From Arenicellales bacterium (GTDB taxonomy: Bacteria; Pseudomonadota; Gammaproteobacteria; BMS3Bbin11), in contig JARFQI010000023.1 of the NCBI GenBank assembly GCA_029287855.1, positions 1-56,469 of the forward strand: a stretch of DNA of 56,469 bases. Direction: 5' to 3'. A model generated the notes under the pieces. That model did not search any database. It had not been told where the DNA came from and saw only the letters and a list, made by a program, of their open reading frames with translations. Position numbers and translations under genes: made by a program. Shown here one piece after another: positions 50,684 through 56,469 of this stretch (position 1 is its first letter; each line of letters opens with the position of its first letter).

Positions 50684-51976
50684 ATGACTTCCGTTCCTCA
50701 CCTGACCACAGCATTGACAGGACCATTACAGGACCTGGAAACACACATACTGACAAACCAGACCGAGATTGAACACTGGTTTCGCACTCAATGGCTATCA
50801 TATCGCGCACCCTTCTATAGCTCGGTTGACCTGCGAAATGCTGGTTTCAAAGTAGCGCCAGTAGATACCAACCTTTTCCCTGCTGGTTTTAACAATCTCA
50901 ATTCGGCTTTTCTGCCGCTATGCGTGCAAGCCGTGCAGGCAGCGATTGAGCATCTCTGCCCAAAAGCAAGAAGGCTGATCATCGTACCGGAATCTCATAC
51001 GAGAAATAAGTTTTACCTGGAAAGTCTGGCCACCTTGCAGGGCATCATCGAAAAAGCAGGTCTGGAAGTACGTATCGGACATATAGATCAGGAGCAGCAA
51101 GAGCGCGAAATCGCTTTACCATCGGGCCTGGTTGTTAGCCAGTACCCGCTGCAGCGATCCGGCGGCAGACTGCATATTAAAGATTTTGACCCCTGTATAG
51201 TATTGCTGAACAATGATTTATCAGATGGCATTCCGCCACTGCTTGAAAACATTGACCCTGGCCAGACGGTTACCCCGGTACCTACTATGGGTTGGTCAAG
51301 CAGATTGAAATCAGACCATTTTGCCCATTACCAGCGTATAGCCAGGGAATTCTCCGACATCATTGAAATCGATCCATGGCTGATTGACCCTTACTTCAGG
51401 CGTTGTGGAAAAATTGACTTCCAGAAGCGAGATGGAGAAGAATGCCTGGCTGATAATGTTGCCGAGGTACTCGCAACGATTCAAAAGAAATATCTGGAAT
51501 ATGGCATCAAGGAAGAGCCATTTGTCATCGCCAAGGCTGATGCAGGCACTTATGGCATGAACATAATGACCATACGTGACCCATCAGAGATTAAGAGCCT
51601 GAACCGGAAACAAAGAAATAAAATGGCGCGAGGCAAAGGCGGTAGCAGTGTCACCGATGTGCTGGTACAGGAAGGTGTCTTCACTTTTGAAACCTGGGGC
51701 AGTGAAAATGCCATTGCCGAACCGGTGGTCTACATGATTGACCACTCGGTAGTAGGCGGATTTTACCGGGTCCATACCAACAGAGGCATCAACGAAAATC
51801 TCAATGCACCTGGTATGCATTTTGAACCGCTGGCCTTCGCAGACACCTGCACACTGCCAGATAAATTGGCAGACCCGGATGCCGGGCCCAACCGGTTTTA
51901 TACCTATGGTGTTATCAGCAGGCTGGCATTACTGGCAGCTGCGCGTGAAATCAATACCTTGAAGGGTGCTGCATGA
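50684..51976 (+). CDS. gshA: Glutamate--cysteine ligase, T. ferrooxidans-type family
   Basis: 430 aa. The pattern FYSSVDLRNAGFKVAPVDTNLFPAGFNNL fits my recollection of the gshA_ferroox (TIGR02049-like) family. Its stop overlaps the gshB start (ATGA). Confidence 0.75.
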   Translation: MTSVPHLTTALTGPLQDLETHILTNQTEIEHWFRTQWLSYRAPFYSSVDLRNAGFKVAPVDTNLFPAGFNNLNSAFLPLCVQAVQAAIEHLCPKARRLIIVPESHTRNKFYLESLATLQGIIEKAGLEVRIGHIDQEQQEREIALPSGLVVSQYPLQRSGGRLHIKDFDPCIVLLNNDLSDGIPPLLENIDPGQTVTPVPTMGWSSRLKSDHFAHYQRIAREFSDIIEIDPWLIDPYFRRCGKIDFQKRDGEECLADNVAEVLATIQKKYLEYGIKEEPFVIAKADAGTYGMNIMTIRDPSEIKSLNRKQRNKMARGKGGSSVTDVLVQEGVFTFETWGSENAIAEPVVYMIDHSVVGGFYRVHTNRGINENLNAPGMHFEPLAFADTCTLPDKLADPDAGPNRFYTYGVISRLALLAAAREINTLKGAA

Positions 51977-52929
51977 ACAATCCCACTGTTATCGGTGTCA
52001 TTATGGACCCGATCGAAAAAATCAACATTACTAAAGATAGCACCTGGGCAATGATCCTGGCAGCACAAAAACGCGGCTGGGAAGTACGCTATATGCAGCA
52101 GGCAGACCTTTTTACAAGCAATGGCCGAGTCTACGCAGAAAGCCGTGTTGTTAAGCTTTTTCCTGGAAAGGACCGCTGGCTCGAGCTTTCGCCTCCATGC
52201 ACGCATGAACTGTCTCAATGTGATGCTGTATTAATGCGAAAAGATCCACCGTTTGATATGGAGTATATCTATACAACATACAAGCTGGAGCTGGCTGAGC
52301 AACGAGGCACGCTAATTGTAAATAGTCCGCAAAGCCTTCGTGACTGCAATGAAAAATTTTTTACCACCTGGTTCCCGCAGTGTACGCCACCAACCCTGGT
52401 AACTCGATCTGCTGAGCAGCTGCGGCAGTTTATTGTCGAGCATGATGACTGTATCTTCAAACCGCTTGACGGTATGGGCGGTGCATCTGTTTTCCGTGTG
52501 CATGGCGATGACTACAACAAAGGCGTCATCATCGAAACTCTGACGAAACACGGGACGACCAGTGTCATGGCCCAGCGTTTCATTCCCGAAATCAGCGAGG
52601 GCGATAAACGCATACTGATGGTTGATGGAATAGCAGCACCGTATGCGCTGGCCCGCATTCCTGCACCCGGTGAAACACGCGGCAACCTTGCCGCCGGTGG
52701 AAGCGGCAAAGGCGTTGCACTAAGCGATCGCGACTACTGGATCAGCGAGCAGGTCGGGCCAATGTTAAAAGAGAAAGGCATCCTGTTCGCCGGACTTGAT
52801 GTGATTGGCGACTACCTGACTGAAATCAATGTGACCAGCCCGACCTGTATACGGGAGCTGGACAAGCAGTTTAATCTTGATATTGCCGGCGACTTAATGA
52901 ATGCCATCGAGCTGCGTTTACCTGCATGA
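51973..52929 (+). CDS. gshB: Glutathione synthetase
   Basis: It has GVIMDPIEKINITKDSTWAMILAAQKRGWEV, the ATP-grasp motifs KPLDGMGG and GNLAAGG, and is 318 aa. Confidence 0.93.
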   Translation: MNNPTVIGVIMDPIEKINITKDSTWAMILAAQKRGWEVRYMQQADLFTSNGRVYAESRVVKLFPGKDRWLELSPPCTHELSQCDAVLMRKDPPFDMEYIYTTYKLELAEQRGTLIVNSPQSLRDCNEKFFTTWFPQCTPPTLVTRSAEQLRQFIVEHDDCIFKPLDGMGGASVFRVHGDDYNKGVIIETLTKHGTTSVMAQRFIPEISEGDKRILMVDGIAAPYALARIPAPGETRGNLAAGGSGKGVALSDRDYWISEQVGPMLKEKGILFAGLDVIGDYLTEINVTSPTCIRELDKQFNLDIAGDLMNAIELRLPA

Positions 52930-52973
52930 TGTTTTATATCAGCAGCTGGAATTCTCCCTGTAAAAATATTCAG

Positions 52974-54086
52974 ATGTTCGCGAGATTTGATCTGATGAGA
53001 TGGCTAGCCACCCTGCTGCTCGCCATTGCTCTCGCAGCAACACTCACAGCCTGCGACAGACAGAATCTTCATCGCTATCAGTCATTTTCCTTCGGCACAC
53101 TTATAGAAATTAAAATTCGCAACAGCGACAGTTCACTGGCTGACCAGGCAAGTGCCCGTTTATTTCATGATTTCGATAGCATGCATAAAGACTGGCATGC
53201 CTGGGAACCTGGAAAATTAACGCAAACCAGCGACCTGCTGGTAAAAGCCGAATGGTTCACTGCTGACGACTCAGTTCTGGAGTTGATAAAGCTAGCACAA
53301 CAATACTCTCAGTTAAGTAATGGTCTATTCAATCCGGTGATAGGAAAGTTGATCCATGCATGGGGCTTCCAGGGTACTGAACAACCTGAAACACCGCCCT
53401 CTCAGGAAAATATTGATAAACTGCTGGCAGACCTGCCTGGTGCAAATGATATAGAAATTGATGGCAGCATGATGCGTGGCCACAATGACCAGATAAGCCT
53501 GGATCTTGGTGCCATCGCGAAGGGTTACGCGGTCGCTGCCGGAATTCAGAAACTTCGTGCCAAGGGCATCCAGAATGCATTAATCAATGCCGGCGGTGAT
53601 CTGTGTGGCATAGGCCGCCAGGGCGAACGCAGCTGGCGTATTGGTATACGAAATCCCTCCGCTGAAGGCATCATGGCCAGCATTGAGCTGAACAATGATG
53701 AATGTGTTTTTACTTCTGGGGATTATGAACGCTTTTTTACTCATGATGGCAAACGCTACCACCATATCATCGACCCCCGCAACGGCTACCCGGCTGACAA
53801 AGCAGTATCGGTAACTGTGCTGCACAATAATGGCGCCATCGCTGATGCAGCGAGCACGGCTTTGTTCATTGCCGGCCCGAATGGCTGGCAGGAAATCGCA
53901 GCTAAAATGGGCGTAAGCGATATAATGATGATAGACAGACAAGGCAGGATAATCATGACGCCTTCAATGCAGAAGCGGATTAAACTTGAAGCCAGCGAAT
54001 CAAACCGTGCAGTTCTCATCAGAGAGCCGCTGCCAGCTGACTTTTCAGCAGGGTCTTCCATGCCTGGTCAAAGAGGTCATGAATAG
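52974..54086 (+). CDS. apbE: FAD:protein FMN transferase ApbE (lipoprotein)
   Basis: A lipobox (LAATLTAC) is followed by FGT...I, DLGAIAKGYA, GDY and HHIIDPRNG motifs. The start is uncertain (52974 or 52995). The ORF-track start at 52926 overlaps gshB. Confidence 0.88.
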   Translation: MFARFDLMRWLATLLLAIALAATLTACDRQNLHRYQSFSFGTLIEIKIRNSDSSLADQASARLFHDFDSMHKDWHAWEPGKLTQTSDLLVKAEWFTADDSVLELIKLAQQYSQLSNGLFNPVIGKLIHAWGFQGTEQPETPPSQENIDKLLADLPGANDIEIDGSMMRGHNDQISLDLGAIAKGYAVAAGIQKLRAKGIQNALINAGGDLCGIGRQGERSWRIGIRNPSAEGIMASIELNNDECVFTSGDYERFFTHDGKRYHHIIDPRNGYPADKAVSVTVLHNNGAIADAASTALFIAGPNGWQEIAAKMGVSDIMMIDRQGRIIMTPSMQKRIKLEASESNRAVLIREPLPADFSAGSSMPGQRGHE

Positions 54087-54480
54087 TCTTATGAATAGAA
54101 ATTTCACCGGTAGCCTGGAAATAAAAATCGGTGACTGGCTGATTATTCTCTGCTGCCTGTTATTAATACCAATGGCCTGGGTAATGACAACGCATCAGCC
54201 GGGCGCAACAACAGCGATAGAAATAACGGCTGACGATAAGACGCCTGTCATCTATTCAGTAACGAATAACCACTCAGTCAAGGTAACTGGAGAACTTGGC
54301 CAGAGTGTAATAGAAATTCGTGATGGCAAGGTACGCTTCTCCGACTCTCCCTGCAACAGCAAGGTTTGCATTCTAAGCGGCTGGCACCAACATAGCGGAG
54401 ACCATATCATCTGCCTGCCAAACAAGGTTGGTATTACATTGTTATCACAAAATGAACTTTTTGACGGTATTAATTTTTAA
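54079..54480 (+). CDS. NusG domain II-containing membrane-anchored protein (NusG_II)
   Basis: An N-terminal TM segment (DWLIILCCLLLIPMAWV) is followed by a beta-rich domain ending with C.SK.C......H.....I.CLPN, the pattern typical of NusG_II proteins encoded next to Gx transporters. The start is 54079 or 54091. Confidence 0.65.
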   Translation: MNSLMNRNFTGSLEIKIGDWLIILCCLLLIPMAWVMTTHQPGATTAIEITADDKTPVIYSVTNNHSVKVTGELGQSVIEIRDGKVRFSDSPCNSKVCILSGWHQHSGDHIICLPNKVGITLLSQNELFDGINF

Positions 54481-54562
54481 CACAGTTTTAAGTTTTCATT
54501 ATTCAGAGAAACCAGATATGAATGATCAATATATTACGCCGAAACCTTAAAACTAATTGACC

Positions 54563-55081
54563 ATGTCCAGCCAATTTGAAATCACTGAAGAAGACAAAAA
54601 AATTGCCTCCTTTGCAGCACTAGCAATTGCCATTCACGTTCTTGAAAGCGGTTTCCCAAGTCCTGTTCCCGGCATCAAGCCCGGCTTCGCCAACATCATC
54701 ACCCTGCTAGTATTATTCCGCTATGGCTGGCGTTTCGCAGCGTGGGTTAGTTTGCTGCGCGTGACAGCCGGCAGCCTGCTACTGGGAACATTTATGTCGC
54801 CGACTTTTGTGCTCAGTCTTGCTGGCGCGCTGGCCAGCTTGTTAACAATGCTGTTGTTATGGACAACTGTACGACCCTGGGTTGGACTGACTGGAGTAAG
54901 CGTGTTAGCGAGTGTCAGTCATGTCATGGCACAATTATTCATAGCGTGGTGGCTATTCATTCCTCACCCGGGAATACTGGTATTGGCGCCTCTACTGGTT
55001 ACTGCAGGCATTTTATTTGGCATATTTAACGCTATAATTGCATCGTCAATTGAAAACAGGCTTGTAGCTGATCCCAAATAA
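54563..55081 (+). CDS. Gx transporter family membrane protein (PF07456 'heptaprenyl diphosphate synthase component I'-like)
   Basis: About 5 TM segments. The N-terminal ALAIAIHVLESGFPSPVPGIKPGFANIITLLVL motif is characteristic of this family. Confidence 0.7.
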   Translation: MSSQFEITEEDKKIASFAALAIAIHVLESGFPSPVPGIKPGFANIITLLVLFRYGWRFAAWVSLLRVTAGSLLLGTFMSPTFVLSLAGALASLLTMLLLWTTVRPWVGLTGVSVLASVSHVMAQLFIAWWLFIPHPGILVLAPLLVTAGILFGIFNAIIASSIENRLVADPK

Positions 55082-55230
55082 TTTATGAACTTGTATTTTC
55101 TAACTAAAATAGACCATCCAGGTCCTGTCTTTTTTCACTGTAAACGTGCTATTGCGTGCCATTGGCGCTCTGATATGGAACTATACCCCAGCATCACACA
55201 CGGAATTATTCGAGGCTTTCAGAAAAGAGC

Positions 55231-56127
55231 ATGAGCTACGCCGATTTATTCAGTGATCAGGATAATAGAAGCGATCTCGGGATAACCCTGATCGGCGCTG
55301 CGCTGTTGCATATTGTGCTGATTTTAGGGCTAACCTTCACGCTGCCGAAAAAGCAGATCAATGATGACCCACCACAGCTTGAAATTACTCTGGTACAGGC
55401 GCACACCGAAGAAGTACCTGAGCCTGAAAAAGCAGATTTTCTTGCCAACGCGACCCAGCAGGGTGGTGGCGACACCGAAAAAGAATTACAGGCAAAAACG
55501 CCTTTACCCGGCACTGCAAAGAAAAATAAACCGCAACCCAGGTTTCGCCCGCCAAGTGAAGCCAGCGAAGAAGTTGTTACCCAGACTGATAAAGTACTGG
55601 TGGCTGAAACAACTAAACAGAAACCAGTTCCACAGCCAGTTAAGAAAGAGAAAAAGAAAACACCTGAAAAGAAACCATTGATCGGGCTGCCTCAAGCTGT
55701 AAGCCTGGATAGTGAACGCGAGCGTATGCTGGCAGAATTGTCACTACAGCAGCAAAATTATCAGAAACGACCTAGAAAGAAATTTCTTACCGCAAACACG
55801 CGAGAATATAAATTCGCAACCTATATGGATGCATGGCGGGCCAAGGTTGAGCGCATCGGCAACCTGAATTACCCAGAGGAAGCCAAGCGCCGTAACCTTA
55901 CCGGAAGCCTGGTACTGGACGTTGCTATCCTGCCGGATGGTAAGCTTGATAACATCAATGTGCGGCGGAGTTCGCGTCACAAGGCACTCGATGATGCTGC
56001 AATTCGCATCGTGCGTCTGGCAGCACCTTATGCACCATTCCCGAAGAACTTTCGTGATGAGGTAGATATCATTCACATTACCCGCACGTGGAAATTTCAG
56101 CATGGAGATCGACTGACCAGCCAGTGA
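55231..56127 (+). CDS. TonB-family energy transducer (TonB3-like, no adjacent exbBD)
   Basis: An N-terminal TM segment and a Pro/Lys/Glu-rich spacer are followed by the C-terminal TonB_C motif (YPEEAKRRNLTGSLVLDVAILPDGKLDNINVRRSSRHKALDDAA). It lies between the gshB region and algH, as PA0406 does in P. aeruginosa. Confidence 0.8.
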   Translation: MSYADLFSDQDNRSDLGITLIGAALLHIVLILGLTFTLPKKQINDDPPQLEITLVQAHTEEVPEPEKADFLANATQQGGGDTEKELQAKTPLPGTAKKNKPQPRFRPPSEASEEVVTQTDKVLVAETTKQKPVPQPVKKEKKKTPEKKPLIGLPQAVSLDSERERMLAELSLQQQNYQKRPRKKFLTANTREYKFATYMDAWRAKVERIGNLNYPEEAKRRNLTGSLVLDVAILPDGKLDNINVRRSSRHKALDDAAIRIVRLAAPYAPFPKNFRDEVDIIHITRTWKFQHGDRLTSQ

Positions 56128-56469
56128 AATCGCTTGCCAACCATTTCCTTATTGCCATGCCAGGCCTCAACGATGAAAACTTTGGCCATAGTGTGACACT
56201 CATCTGTCATCATGATGATGAAGGTGCCATGGGCGTTGTAATCAATCAGCCGCTTGATGTCAGTGTGGCGGAGCTGTTCAATAATGCCGGACTGGCAACA
56301 TCTAAACTATTGCACCCCGGCCATCCTGTATGGTTCGGTGGCCCGGTAAGACAGGAGCATCTTTTCGTTCTGCATGATAGCAGTAATATGTGGGACAATA
56401 CATTGCAGATCAACGACAACCTGTGCCTGACTACTTCAGCTGATTTTCTTGATGCGCTTGCTGGTGGCC
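56124..56469 (+). CDS. algH: YqgE/AlgH family protein (UPF0301), N-terminal part (3' end lies outside the window)
   Basis: A GTG start overlaps the TonB stop. The translation VKSLANHFLIAMPGLNDENFGHSVTLICHHDDEGAMGVVINQPL is the canonical family start. Confidence 0.85.
   Translation, partial: MKSLANHFLIAMPGLNDENFGHSVTLICHHDDEGAMGVVINQPLDVSVAELFNNAGLATSKLLHPGHPVWFGGPVRQEHLFVLHDSSNMWDNTLQINDNLCLTTSADFLDALAGG

Noticed and set aside
50562-50810. 82-aa minus-strand ORF in the pilG-gshA divergent region
   Set aside because: It overlaps the gshA start and the AT-rich promoter region. It has no SD or motif, so it is probably spurious.
53986-54078. N-terminal extension of the NusG_II ORF (ORF-track start 53986), which overlaps apbE by 100 bp
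   Set aside because: The extension lies inside the apbE coding frame region and has no family features. The internal ATG at 54079 (or 54091) immediately precedes the TM anchor and gives a typical operon junction.

Overview
This window looks like ordinary chromosomal core from a moderately AT-rich gammaproteobacterium. Gene order resembles Pseudomonas and sulfur-oxidiser-like lineages, but the organism cannot be named from the sequence alone. I support about 55 protein genes, one 6S RNA, one tandem glycine riboswitch and several Rho-independent terminators.

Conserved blocks, in order:
- prfC and miaE
- a sulfur-oxidiser-type ATP sulfurylase (sat) near a TauE exporter and lgt
- the riboswitch-controlled operon gcvT-gcvH-gcvPA-gcvPB
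- ygfB-pepP-ubiH-ubiI, divergent from (coiled-coil gene)-zapA-ssrS-ygfA
- rppH divergent from a HAD-IB hydrolase
- tkt-gap-pgk-pyk-fba
- a Pil-Chp type IV pilus chemosensory cluster: pilG-pilH-pilI-pilJ-chpA-chpC
- gshA-gshB, an ApbE/NusG_II/Gx-transporter module, a TonB3-like gene and algH/yqgE

I found no mobile elements, CRISPR arrays, tRNA or rRNA genes, or recognisable defence islands, and no clear novel multi-gene system.

The observations most worth a second look:
- An in-frame TGA cuts gap 13 codons before a still-conserved C-terminus.
- A COG1331/YyaL-type thioredoxin-domain gene has collapsed, in frame, to a 151-aa remnant.
- A 369-aa bitopic protein combines a lysine-rich N-terminus, about 141-144 bp coding tandem repeats and a PQGYGQPAP-type tail.
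- Two orphan PhnD-like periplasmic binding-protein paralogues are present, one next to the Pil-Chp cluster.
- An orphan FecCD permease is translationally coupled to the HAD-IB hydrolase.
- An ApbE-NusG_II-Gx module sits between gshB and the tonB3-like gene.

All family assignments come from reading motifs in the translations by eye. No database search was run.
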